Shown: positions 50,384 to 64,000 of the stretch, piece after piece
Position numbering within the stretch: the first letter of the stretch is position 1
Layout of the letters: each line of letters starts with the position of its first letter
Assembly: GCA_964247055.1 (NCBI GenBank)
Contig: OZ176052.1
Span: 8,432,001 to 8,496,000 of the forward strand
DNA length: 64,000 nt
Direction: 5' to 3'
From: Paragordius varius
Lineage: Eukaryota; Animalia; Nematomorpha
Made by a program: the position numbers and the translations under genes
Notes under the pieces: generated by a model
Database searches by the model: none
Seen by the model: only the letters and a program-made list of their open reading frames with translations
Told to the model about the DNA's origin: nothing

Positions 50384-52182
50384 TTAATATTGCCTGGAGC
50401 GTTTAGATACACCAATTTGAATCGAGGTGTTAAATAAATACGTGCCACTGAGTTTGTAAACTTAAATAAATTCACATTGTATTGATTGTTTATCTTTTTG
50501 TTCCTTATTTCATAAATTTTGGCTAAAAATGATTGAAATAATTTCCGTAAAATTCGAATTGAATGGCAAAAAAATGATATATTCATAAGCAAAAGACTTG
50601 ACAAGTGTTTTTTATCACCGATCTTTAAATCTACACTTGCTTAAGTAATTGCTCAACCTGCTACGCTTGAGTTACAAGTCAAGTGCGACTTTTTCCCCAC
50701 CCTATAAATTAGAATTTTTTAAAATTGTTTCGCTTTTTATGTGTAGTTGAAATATTTTAGTGATATTTTTAGAATGAAGTATCACCAAAAAAATTTATTA
50801 AAAAATGTCCGCAAATTTTACCATTTTTAGATATGCCGTTATAAAAAAAGTGTTAACACCTTTATTAAATCACTCGTAAAAGCAAAAACCAAAAGCACCA
50901 TTATGATCCTGAATTTTTTTATGAGAAAAAATATATAATTATGTTTTTTTATGGAAATTTAATACAGTTTATGATATATTTAAGTGATATTTTTTGGAAT
51001 TAGTGGATATATGTTAACCAAAAAAAAAACATGTGTAATTTTTCCATTTTCTGATAATGGTCATTTAATAAAACATGATGATAACCAAAACCAAAAGTAC
51101 CATAAAAATTCTAACATTTTTTTCAGAATATATAGTTTAATATTTTTACCCCAATTTCACAGTGTAATAATCGCAATGAAACATGCCTTTCACCAAGAAT
51201 TTAATATTAGATGCGCTCCATTTTAAATTTTTCTACAAGAAGGAGATATCTTATAAAAGTAATGACTCGTAAAGTTCAAAATCAAAAAATTTTTAAAACA
51301 TATTTTTAAATTAAAATATATTTTATAAACCCGAGTGTGGACTTAATGATACAATTGTTTTTGGACAAACGATACATTTCTTCTAAACATACAATATTTT
51401 TAAATAATTATTTGAAAACTGTATAAATGCCTATACATTGTTTACATTTAGATTTCAACAAAATTAATTTTATGGTAAAGAAATATTCCAATAAACTTAT
51501 TTGGCCAGAGGTTTAATGAATGAATAAAAATATATATTTATACACATGAAAATAAATTCAAATTTGAGAGGTAAATTTTTTATTTTGGGATCTTATATAT
51601 ATAATTATAAATATTATAGTTTTAATTAATTTTTATTATTTAAAAATTAATATTCTGATTGTTGATCAGGAAAATATATTTAGCTTAGATTTTATTTAAT
51701 CTATTAAGAATTTATAAATCATGAATTAAATTATCCTTTCCCCACCCCTGACAGAAATAGAAAAGTTGTCTTTTAATAATTTTTATATTTAGTAATTTTT
51801 CACTACAAATATTGATTGATGGATGATGGATTTAATCAAGTTTCATATTTCTGAATCTAATTTCACCTCATTTTGCACACATCAAAATATTCGTTATATA
51901 ATATATATCATCTTAAATTTTTAACAATTGATTTTTTTCTTTTTGATGTATGAAAATTATATAGTAGATATATAGGTAATCCTATGTAGTTTTTATTAAG
52001 TTTAAAGCAAATCTAGTTAATTTATTTAAACGTTTAACGGAAATATTTGACAGATATTTTTACGTGAGTTATCTCGTTTTTTTTGTTGAAACTGAAAGAT
52101 TTTTTTAACTGTGTTGTATAATTGGTGCAGATTTCAAATTTGACATCATTTTTATTACAATTTATTGATATATAGGTATTAA

Positions 52183-52758
52183 CACTTCGATTCAGGGTAT
52201 CTAAATACCCCAGACTAAATTTAAATTAGGATTTTTAAAAAACTACTGAAGGAAACGGTCCCAATTTAAAATTATGCTTCTATCCTGATAAATATTATAT
52301 AATTATGCCAAAATATCTTGATAAAATTTTGTTTTGAAAAAAAGTTCCATCTTAAACTACTTCAACGCCATTTTTATTTTACAAAATTTTTGCAAAATAT
52401 CGTCTTCATTTAATTTTAAGGGTAAAACTTAGGCTAATTTTTAATATAAATTACATTTAACATTGATAGAAATAGAAAAAGCTGTTTATTTTGTATTATT
52501 TTTTAATTTTACCATTTGACACATGTCACGTTGACGAAATTTTTACCTTTCGGTTTTAGCTTAAAATAAGTAATATCAGGTATTTTTGAATAAATTTTTT
52601 TATATATTTCGGTTTATTAATTTTAGATAAGTGCAAGATTTTGCCATGGTTTCGATTCCTTCTATATTTTTTAAAGAATTTAATTTTAAACAGGTCTGGG
52701 GTATCCAACTACCCCAATTTGAATCGAAGGACTAAAATAAGTGTGTTGTATCCAAGTG
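52183..52758 (+). mobile_element. Second full copy of the piggyBac-like MITE (576 bp)
   Basis: TTAA|cacttcgattc...gtatccaagtg|TTAA, collinear with 49811-50383 but with unrelated flanks. Confidence 0.82.
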
Positions 52759-55700
52759 TTAATTAAGCAATTCGATTTTAATAATTTAAAAATTATTTAA
52801 ATTTAAGTTATATTTTTAATTTTAATAAACTCAGACTTTTATCACTCTAACGGCCCTACAAAATATTTTTTATAAAGTTGACAAATAAATTTTTTGGTGA
52901 TTTTTGATGTAGAACCACATTTACAGCCAATTATGTTAAAATTTCGGAGATCACCTAGAACTTTAAAATATTTTGTTTGAATCTATCTATCCATAAATAC
53001 AATTTGTTGATGAAAAAAGCTATTAATATTCTACAGGTTTGATTTAAATTTGAAGCGTTAAAATTTATATTGAAAGCGATGATTACATTTAATCCACTCT
53101 AAGCCCAAATTTTGATATGGAATTAAAATTAAAATATATAAGTTAAATTGGTTTTAGATAAAATAAAAATTATAATATTATTGTTTCCATTTCTTCCTAT
53201 TTAGATATTTAACAGGATCAGGGTTGTCAACTGTAATTGTATAGGACATGATTGCATAATTTGTATTTTGGTGTTAAAATAGCAAAAATATCTTTAGCAT
53301 TATAAATATGCCTTAATCAATATAGATTTTTGAATTTGAAACTGTTCCCAATAATATTTTTTTCAACCTCGTTCAGGTGGACAAATAAATTGGTAAGTTA
53401 GTTTGATACATTTTACTAACATATCATACTTATCTGATTTAATTATGCATCAATCAATATTTCATATCAAATATAATTCAGCTCATAAATATGGTGTAAT
53501 TGTTCAGTAAAGCGTATTTGTTTGGGCGTTATATATATATATATATATATATATGAGCTTATCATACTCTACCTGTCTGTCCTGTTTATTCATTATAAAT
53601 ATTTATTAATTTATATATTTTCAAAATATTTATTATCTAAAATAACATTATTGTTATCTTATACTATATATATATATGTTATGAATGAAATAATATAAAA
53701 AGGATAACCAATTACGCTATCCGCCCTATTATTGTCAATATAGGTGTATAACTCTCTATTTTATAGCTGTGCTATTCTTTTGAAATATATCGCTAAAAGT
53801 ATTTTTTATTTTTTAATTAGATTACCTAAATATCTAAAAATTATTAATCTATTTTTTGTGTTGACTACACTAATTTGTTACATCCTTGTTTTGTTTTTTT
53901 GGAAAAAATTTGCTAAATATATTAACATTTAATATACTTTATGTGCAAAATATTTGTTTGTTTTTAGCATACAGGTAAAAAGTGTGAAATATGCAACATA
54001 GTTTATATAAAAAATATGCCAAAAATGTCATTATACTATATAATACAAATTTTAATTTGGGTAATATGTTTGTGACTGTTTTTGCCTGAGTATGATTTTG
54101 AATCAACGAAAAGGTTATAAAATCTTTAAATAATAAAACTACAAAAATAAGGTAATAAATAAAACTTTTGATTGGTTTTCTCTAAAGTTTCACATTGGGG
54201 CTAGGAATCATTAAAATTTCATGATTGTGCCTGACCAATATCAAAAATAATGAAAAAAAGATTAACACAATTTTCATAACTTGTTTATTAATTACAGTAA
54301 GAATAAGTATACATTGCTAGAAACTTATTAATTATTGCCAAATAGCTATACAATAAAGGGAGTATTATTGGCTTATAGTTATTTTTTTCACTTTTTTATT
54401 ATTAGCCAATAATGATTCTCTTTTCTGCATATGCTATTTGACAATAATTTATAACTTTCTAGCAATATATACTTATTTATACTGTAATTTAAAAGTTTCA
54501 TTAGTTTTATCATAGACATTGTTTGCGACTCTATATGTCTGCATTTTATAAGTCCTTACACCGGTTAATATTATTGTCCAGCCTCTCCTAGAGTAATATT
54601 TGTAATGACATTTATGAATATCGGCCCCTTTTTTGCTTTTATTCATGCTGTTAACCGATTTTAAACCAAATTTTTGAAAGGGTTGTTATTTCCCAAGTTT
54701 TTAAAAGAAATTATAAATTTTGACTTATACTATATGTTGTGGAATCTGTATAAATTTTCGTCCAAAAACAGTGATTTTTGACATTTTTGTAAATCGATAG
54801 CCTCAATTGATAATAATCTAAGTTTTTTTCACGAGTATTAATTATAAATTTTTGTTTATTTGCTTTATAAACGTATTCCTATATCATAGTATCGTTATGA
54901 TAAGGGATGTGCAAACTTGAAAATTGTTTGGTTAAATATATCGCTATGGGGTGAAAAATTTTCGTATTATTGTATCATTTATGAAATGAAGGGTTATTTT
55001 TAACAGATTGTTTAAAATAATTACTATCACTGGTTGTGTTTTAATAATATAACAAAAAGTTAAGCATCACAAATCTTTAATTAGATACATACCATTTGCA
55101 CCTCAAATTCACCTTTGAACAATTCAAATTCACTTTTAAAATTATCATAATACTGTAAAAATAATAAATAAGGCCATATGGAAATTTTTCATATTAATGG
55201 TGATATATTTTAACCCGAAAACACAATTTATTTTTAGGATTTTGATTTGATCAAGGGTAAACTTGAATTGTAAATGGTATATCTTTTAAAGAACCATAGA
55301 AATTTAACAGAGTTTGAGTCTTAAATTTTACCGGATTTTTATTATTTAAAAAACAAGTGTGCTAATATTCTAGTCATTATGGACGGCTTTTTAAAGCTAA
55401 TGTCTCTTTAAATCCACAATGGATAAAATATATTCTTATTTTTTTAACATTCGCGATAAATTATTTATTCCATATTGTTACAAATCAAAAAAATATAATA
55501 TTTCGTTTTCTTTTGAAAAAAAACTTGTTTTACATTTATTTTAAAGTTCAGTTTTTGAAATCATTGCTTATGTTGTTCATCCAAAATTTGGAGAATTACA
55601 TTGATTATAACACTTTTATTTATGCAAATTTGAAAAAACCACCCGATTATTATTGCCTATATCACTTATTTCTATATAAACAATTTCCATAAACCACAAC

Positions 55701-56655
55701 GATTAGTAGTTGTTTAGATATTAAAGAAAATTGGGTGTGTACCCATTGTACTATATAAATATTAATGACCCAATCCAACTAACTAATATTCAAAGAGATT
55801 ATTTAACACAATATGTTCTTTTTATCATCCTAAATATAGAACGATTTTATGAGGAATAAAATACAACCTGCTAAATTCTGTTATATGTTGTCACTTAGGA
55901 GAAAAGAATTTTGATCAGTGGTATATTCAAACAAAAATTAACTTTTTACCATAACTATCTCTAACTATTGTTTAATTTTAATTTAATCTTTCTTGATCCT
56001 GGTATTTTATATGAAATTTCTACCTCTATAGTCGAAATACGGCAAAAATATGGATTATTAAAATTTTCATATTAACGCATTAAAAATATTAATGGTGCGT
56101 TTTAAATTAATAAGTTACAAGGTATTGTTATCCCTCATACTATCGGTAAGTATCTGATATTAACAAGCTGTCAAATCTGAAACTGACCTTTCTGTAAAGC
56201 GACATTTAGTTAATTCGCATATTATATTAATTATTTCTAAAACATGACTTGACTTTAATGAGTCTTAAAACCCAAAAGCTGCCGAATTTCTAAGCATTTT
56301 GACTTAAACTTTGGGTAAAATTTTTCCTACTAGTAATTGCAAATATAATAAATTATAAATATTTTAATACCCTAACAATTTATTTAAAACTAGCAGAGTC
56401 TATACGTCTAATATGATTGATTTTATTATTATAGGCTTAATCTAATAAAACATAATTATTTTAGTGTTAATCTAAGTAAAAAGAAATTAAAAAATTTATA
56501 CCATGAGAGTGAAAAAAAATTGCTGATATAACGCACGTAAGATTAGTAACAGTAATTTACTGAAAATATTAATATACATATACATATATATGTAATTAGA
56601 TAAAACCGCGTGCAACCTCGAATCGCTCATATAATTTTATGAATATCGAAATTGC

Positions 56656-56660
<5 letters not shown>

Positions 56661-56697
<37 letters not shown>
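56661..56697. repeat. (TA)n microsatellite
   Basis: Direct. Confidence 0.9.
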
Positions 56698-56699
<2 letters not shown>

Positions 56700-57958
56700 C
56701 AAAATTTTGTTAATAGAAATATATTAGAATGAATTTAGGATCCCTTTTTGATTTGTTAGTATAATAACAAATATATTTTTCAAAAATTATGTTTTTTTCC
56801 CTAAATTTTAACGTTTTTTCATAATTTAGATAAGTATAGAGAGGAAATAGCAATTATTGTTGTGATATCAATTAACAAATTTATACATATATAATAATAT
56901 ATATAATTATTGAAATATAAATTTGTTATTTTTTTTTAGTTTCTAGTACATGTTTAATAATAATTTGCCTCTATTGTTTTAAGGTTAATTAAATTTTATA
57001 AATTACATATTTTTATACATTCCTTAAAGAAAGATAAAAAGAAAAAATTGTGATTATAATTTTTGAATTTGAATATCATTGCACAGGTAATATAAAGGTA
57101 GAAAATGGTTTGAATTTTATTTTATTAATATATATATATATGGATAAATTTTATAAAAAAGGATTAATGCTTGTAATTGATTTTTATGTCATTTTTTTAA
57201 GTTTTAGTTAGATATATTTCAATCAATTATAAATTCAGTTTGACTGTGCCTAATAGGTGTTTGGTATTTTAAAAGAGTTGGTGGATTATATAATGAGAGC
57301 TTCTAGTTTAGTTTAAGCACTGTTTTCAATGGGAAGAATTGATTTTACGAACTATATTATGTAAAACAAATCATTTTATAGCAATTCTTAACATTTGTAA
57401 ATACTATATAGAATTAGTATGAAAATCAAAAATCAAGTATTATTGATCTCAGGTAGTATATATATATATATATATATACGTATCAAATGTCATATAAGGG
57501 ATTTTGATATTTTTATAGTTTATTATTTTAGTAGTCATAAAATTAATTATTCTGAGTGTCTTTTCTAACTTATAGATATAAATAAATCTCTTCACACTTT
57601 ATATTTGTAATCCATTGTTTTTTTTGCAATCACACATATATCTTTTAACAGGTGGTTATAGTATCAGTCACCATTATAATTCATGAAAATTTCCTTTTAA
57701 AGCTGGTTACATAATTTTTTATTGAGGAGAAATTTTTATTAATGAATCAATAAAATCCACAATAAACGACAATTAGCCGTCACAAATATTCGTTTCACAT
57801 TATAATTTTCTCATCAAACTACTATAAAAGGCAATATTTTAAATTGGCTTACTTTAAATTTGGTCAATTTTTACATTTACACTTGTAATTATTTTTATTT
57901 TTTTTATCACACATTTTTTATATTTAATATACCTACCTATCTCTTCCTTATCTTCGCC

Positions 57959-60900
57959 ATGGAAGTCGTCTATTACCATTATAAAAAGTATGAAAATTGT
58001 ATAAATAAATAAATAATTTTATAGCTTTTTCGGCACACCTGTAATTTTATAAATTTAATTATATTTTTGTCTTTTGGTGTCAATTTATTAAAAAAAATAA
58101 TGAGTCGTTAATTGTTTAAATTTTAGAACCTTTACACAATCGAGAATTTCAAAACACTTTTTAAAAATTTTTTTCGTCACCATAACGCGTCGAAAAACCA
58201 AAAAATATGTGATTGTCATAAAATTGTTCCCAAACTTTTCGCCTATATCTAACAGTTTTGTCACGTTTTCTCATAATTTGTACTTTATTTGATCAAATGA
58301 GAGGTATAAACTTAGTTGAATTTTTTTATTTAACTTGTCTAAAATTTCTCTTTTATTTTATTTATATCGATATTATTAATATTATTTATTTTATGGTTTA
58401 CGATTGCTAATAAATCTAATTTATTTATGTGCGCGATAAAGTGTCATGGACATTTTGGTTTATTTATATTATTATTATTATTAAATTTTACAACGCAAAT
58501 TTTTTGATTTTTATTACTCCGCTATATATATGTATATAAATCACGGTTTAAACTGTAACATTTTGTTTAAAATATTTTAATATACATTTACAATAAAACT
58601 AAAAATTTTTTAAGGTCAAACACGATTACGACCGTATATTGTGACGATATGGTAACCGAAAATAATAATGATGACAATATAAACTATACGTATCATAAAA
58701 CAAAGGAATATCCTTCGACCCTTCCCCCACATTTTTTAAATCAAAATGGTCCTTACTACAAATCGGATGAAGGAGATGAGTTTTTTCAAAACCCATTGTC
58801 TTATCACAAATACTTTGATGGCCCGCGTAAAAAAGAATTAAACAACAATGAAATTTATAACTTTAAGCAAAATGGAGAAACAAAACCATCCATCTCAAAC
58901 ACTTTAACTAAGAATAATTTAGGGGATTGTAGATCAAACATGTCTCATCACGACACCATGAAAAATATAAACTATGATAGTACTAGCACTTATGATAATT
59001 TTTATAAAACGCATAATTCATCACCCTACAATAAATATTCTAATGGAAAATATAATTCGGTTAACGGTTACCCAACCCAAACATGTAATTATAACCAAAA
59101 GGAATTCGCCCAAACTTACGATCAAAGCGGTTATGATAACGCGAAAAAAATGTTTAAAACTACATCACATCAACTGTCAGATGATACTTATTGGAATCCA
59201 GAAAAGTATCGAAAATTACGTGGAATGGTCGCACCTGTCATGATTAAAATTGCGGAGAAAGGTTTATTATATAAAAGATTTTATAACAAAAGAAATTTTG
59301 TTTAAATTTAGGAAAATGGATTGTGTTTATCATGATTTGTATGTTTAAAATGTTGCTTGCATCTTTGTTTTTTAACGGATAATAAAAGCTGAAACTATTA
59401 TTTTACTTCAATATGTATATTTTTTTATAATCAAATTATCGACTATTCTTAATTATTAATCTCTGCCTTTTACTTTTTAGATTTGGCATTGAAGCACCCC
59501 GTTAAAAAGAATTATTATAATTTTCGAAATGCGCTTAAACGTGGCATAAATGGACACTCTAATACATTTCTCGAGGAACATTCGGATGATCAAATGATTG
59601 GAAATGGTACTTTTGAACCCCGTTACTTGCGTGAAAATGGTAGGGCATATACACTTTCATGTGTTAATAGTACACCAACCTCTAGGAAATCTTATCAACG
59701 CGATAACCACGAACATCGCTATGTCAAGTATGCCATATATAGTTTATTCCAAAATCCAACCAAAATATTAGGTTTTTTGGTATGTTGAAATATTTTATAT
59801 ATTAATTAGAAACTCATTAAATTCAGATTATTGAATTTATTGAAACCATGATATTTTGATAACTAGAAGTAATCTTGTAAAAATAAGGCAAAAACATAAA
59901 AAAATTTACTATACTTCTATAACTATCTTGATTAGCATTGATATAGCTTTACTCGTAAATATTGTTTCTTCTAATTATTAGTGAACATAATGACTATGAA
60001 AGTTCTCCCGAAGATGTCATTTCTCCCTTCCTATCTCCTTGTACGAGTGCCCAGGGAAATGCAAATTCATATAGAAATGTTGCTACCCAATATCAACAAC
60101 TCAGGGCCCCTTACCTCAGACACGATGGATATGAATCGGAATGGCCTAGAAATTGGAATCGAAATCAACGAATTAATTTACAAGAGCTGCTGTTAGCTGC
60201 TAAACATGGCACCACCAATAATAATTACAACTACAACAATTATAACGCAAATAGTAAACGATCAAATTCATTCGTATCAAATATAAATATTAATACAGCT
60301 AATGTTGAACGCAGAAATGATCCACCATATACAAGACGAGATGAGGGAAAATTAATTGACCAAAAATATTATGATGCAAGTTCACCCAACAACGATTTCT
60401 CTAACGATAATGTGCAAAAAAAGGTATACATACTCGTTACCAAGTCAATTTAAAATTTGGTATATATTAAGGTCTAAACCATATGTTTTAAATAAATCTG
60501 TTACTTTTTAATTGTAAATGTGAAAGGTAAAATATAAAACTTAAATTAGCAACCTAAGAATAATTTGTGTATTGATTGAATCCATTTTTCCAATTTTGGT
60601 AAAGATGGTGCTAATTATATAAAATTAAAACGGGTAAAATTTTTATAATATATTATTTTTATTCGTGAAATTTATATTTTAGAGAAGTCAAAGCACTCTT
60701 CCTGCCATGCATCCCAAATATTTACCACCACCAATATACTCGACTCGACCAAATAACCAGGATTTCGCCTTTAAAAACGAATTCAAATGTATAGATGATA
60801 ACAATATAATTTGTTCTAATTCGAACCACCCGAACCATTATTTGCCCAAAAATTATGAGGTTCAAGAATCTGCCCCAAAATACACCAATGGGTGTGAGGA

Positions 60901-63900
60901 GAGATCTGACACAGCAAGCCATAAAGATGATACAAACAGTAAATTGCTATTGTTGAATACGACATTTGATTCATCAACCATGTCCTTCCCTTCATCTTCT
61001 ATGAGTCCACACCGGAGTGGAGTTTATGAACAATTACCGTTTGTACATAGATATTTGGATGGTGGAGGCTTTGAATATCCTCCTAGTACTGAAAATAAAA
61101 CTACCCAAGCTTATGGGACCAGTAATTTTAATTTAGGAAATAATATTATGAATGCTACAAATTTTGACACTATTCGAAAAATTGATATTACATATGACTC
61201 AAAAACCCTGTCTAAGCGGAAAGATTCTTACGAGAATATAATAGAGGATTTTGAAAGAAACCTTAATCAATACTCATATCATCCGAATGTTAGTAATAAT
61301 GATTTAACGTATAAACAAGCCCTTAAACTACATGAACCAACAAAATTTTCCGTTGCCCATTATGAAACCAATAACAACAGTAATAATCATAATCGTCATT
61401 GGCGTCTAATCGGTGGTGGTTTACAAAATGACCCCATTCATTCTTTAGAACCTAAAATAACCCAAAACCACTCTATGCCCTTCTCCAATGTGCTACAACA
61501 AAACGCGCAAAAGGATGTAGTCGACAGTGAAGGCAAAATTTACGCACATTACAATGAATGCGATGCCGATTCAATATCGGCTAATAGACCTAGAGATTAT
61601 TCTCAATCTTGGCAAAATGCGTCCCGTGCATTAAATCAACAACACGTACAGAATACTGCTGATTATACTTTAGGTTCGATGGGTAAAACGAATCAATCGA
61701 GTGTTACAAATGGATATTGGTATGGTGATGGTGTTAAAGGATTAGAGAGCACATCCAATTTGGTTAACCATAAAAATGAAACGGGCCAATTATGTGTGGA
61801 AGTGAATGGAAAACCTACCCCTAAAAAAGATGGCACAAAAAATAGTAATGATTCAGGTTTTGTGTTTCCTCGCCATCTTTCCGAACTTTTAAAGGGTAGC
61901 GATCAAAAAGTAGATAAATCAAATAATGTTAACGAATTGGGCATTAAGACCTCAGGAATGTATTTAAATACCACAAAAAGTACGCATCAATCAAACAAAA
62001 TTTATGACACATTCGATAAACGAACGAAATCCAAATCCGATTTGATTGGTGGCGGCTATGTTTCAACATTCACTCCTCCAAACACCATAAATTACTCTTA
62101 TGTATTAAATAATCCTTCATATGCCAACAACGTTTATGTTAGTGCCAATAATTCTTTAGCATCAAATACCTCTAAAAATTTCCTGCATGAAAATAAACCT
62201 CAATTACTTTCTGATGATAATACTAAAACCACAAATCCTATACCAACACCTCCTCCGCCTGATCTTTTGGGAGAACTTAAGAAACGATTACAAGCAAGAA
62301 AAACTTTCCTGCACAAATATATTAATCCTATCGTAACAATCAATAATCCTGTCCGAAAAACGTTAAATAATGGAGCAATTAATGTTTCAAATACATATTT
62401 TGAACCAAATACTCCACATATATCTTCGTATAATAATAATACCAACTCCATAAGCAGATCCTTGGCTGATGTACAAAAAGCCGCAATAAAAGAAACATTA
62501 TCTTCAGAAACAACAAATAGCGATACAATATTTATAACTAAACATATTACCCAACTTTCAACCGCAACTATAAAACCAATTATTACAGCACCGACTGTGC
62601 CAAGTCTATCCATAACTAAAATATTTAACATTGATATTATGGGTGAAGAAATTTGTTCAGATGATCCTTTACCAAATCAAAAGTGTAAAAATGCTGGTAA
62701 CACTTGTAAAGTTGATTCCAAAAACGAGGGACTAAATATAGATCGAGGATGTTCTAATATTATCGCTAATGTAATTAAAGAATCAAATAAAAGCTTGGAA
62801 AATTTATCTTTGGAAATGGACACTGAATGTATCAAGGAGTAATATTTTAATTTTTATCTCGTACTTTTATTTTTACTGACAAATTTATTATAATCATATT
62901 TTATACAGTTTTTTCAAATATCTAAATGCAATAATATTCGTTTATTATTAATTTTATTAAAAAATAAATATTATTATTGTACTTGCTAATAATAATTTTT
63001 ATGGCTCATTTACTATCTTTCTAAGAAATAAAATTTTATCTCTTTAAAGATTAATAATGGTTCCAAATATCTTGAAAACTTTATATCTCTATACTTAATC
63101 GGTTTGTTTTACAGAAAAAAACGAGATTGTGTAGATGAATCAACAATGACGACAACTAGTCTCATTATGGCTTTGGACAAATCTATGAACACTTCAGTTT
63201 TGCTGGAGAATACGAATAGCATATCTGGGTCTAGCACTGGGAGTAATTCTACTGAAACAAACGATAAAAACGACACATCTCCTCTCAAACAAAATATTTT
63301 TAAAACAAATGAAACTCTACCAACAAACTCCACCGGTATTAATAACGCAAATATAACGGAAGCATTTATGAATAAGGATTGTGATTTCCATAAAATACAC
63401 ATAAATACGAATCGGAGCCAAAACATAGATTTTGAGCAGAGTAGTATACAACTATTACAAAAGAAATTGAAGTTGCTTAACTTACTGAACGAGACAGACA
63501 ATATGGTTAATAACAACGCCCAATTAAATTATTTATGTGGACATGATAAAAATATGGACCATGAAAGAAATAAGGTTGAAGGCGTTCAAGATATTTGCCA
63601 AGATTCACCATTAAAAGTTGAAATAAATGGTAATTGGGTCCAAGGACCTTCAAGCAATTACGCCAGTGTTAATAGTCTTAATCTTTCACCCTCAAGTTTT
63701 GCCGATGTCTTCCGTCTGTACAACAATGCGGGTAAATTGATGCTCTGTCAATCGTGTGACACGAATGTCCGAAACGTGGCGATATCAATGGCCGAGCAGT
63801 CATTGAGACGCATTACGAGTCCAATCAGATCATTGGCTTCTGCATCTCCTTCTCCATCAACTAACCTATCTCCAAATACACATAAGGATTGTAGCCCAGG

Positions 63901-64000
63901 ACCACAGCGCAATATTAATGATAATTTTGTTGATGTCTCAACGAATACCTCTCCCCAAAAAGTAGATTCACCCAAATGTAACAATGAAAATTTGGGACAT
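57959..64000 (+). CDS. Large low-complexity (N/S/T-rich) protein of unknown family, >1460 aa, 3'-incomplete. Exons 57959-57987, 58615-59261, 59481-59727, 59982-60423, 60683-62838, 63115->64000
   Basis: Consecutive long ORFs join through phase-compatible GT-AG introns. The start gccATGG at 57959 is in phase with the next exon. The last exon stays open to the window end, so it is absent from the ORF track. Confidence 0.72.

Noticed and set aside
37229-63984. Minus-strand ORFs opposite the large exons (37229, 37868, 42772, 43789, 60722, 62200, 63109, 63748)
   Set aside because: These are antisense shadows of low-complexity coding exons, with no independent motifs or splice support.

Overview
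This is very AT-rich, intron-containing animal nuclear DNA. It is not prokaryotic, and I cannot assign the taxon from sequence alone. I reconstructed six protein-coding genes by hand. Two are tandem paralogues of an unknown ~580-aa repeat protein (4460-6408, 11053-12999) inside an old ~5.3-kb tandem duplication. The others are a purple acid phosphatase of the ACP7 type (+, 16609-23030), convergent mitochondrial ribosomal MRPL54 (-, 23072-23429), a ~1185-aa BED-zinc-finger protein (37110-44053) and a >1460-aa low-complexity protein running off the window end (57959-64000). The rest is rich in transposon debris: five non-autonomous Helitron copies, two mariner pseudogenes, three RTE fragments, piggyBac-like, Tc1-like and hAT-like MITEs/foldbacks, and a solo-LTR-like insertion. 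Three signals stand out. (1) ACP7 and MRPL54 appear to need GT-AG introns of only 22, 27 and 22 nt, while every other intron here is at least 74 nt. (2) The repeat protein carries ~10 helices resembling PKA-anchoring (AKAP) helices plus RVxW and SILK-like PP1-docking motifs, suggesting a multivalent PKA/PP1 scaffold. (3) The Helitron 3' end has two tandem C-GNA-G triloop hairpins. All gene models and homologies were read by eye, with no searches run.
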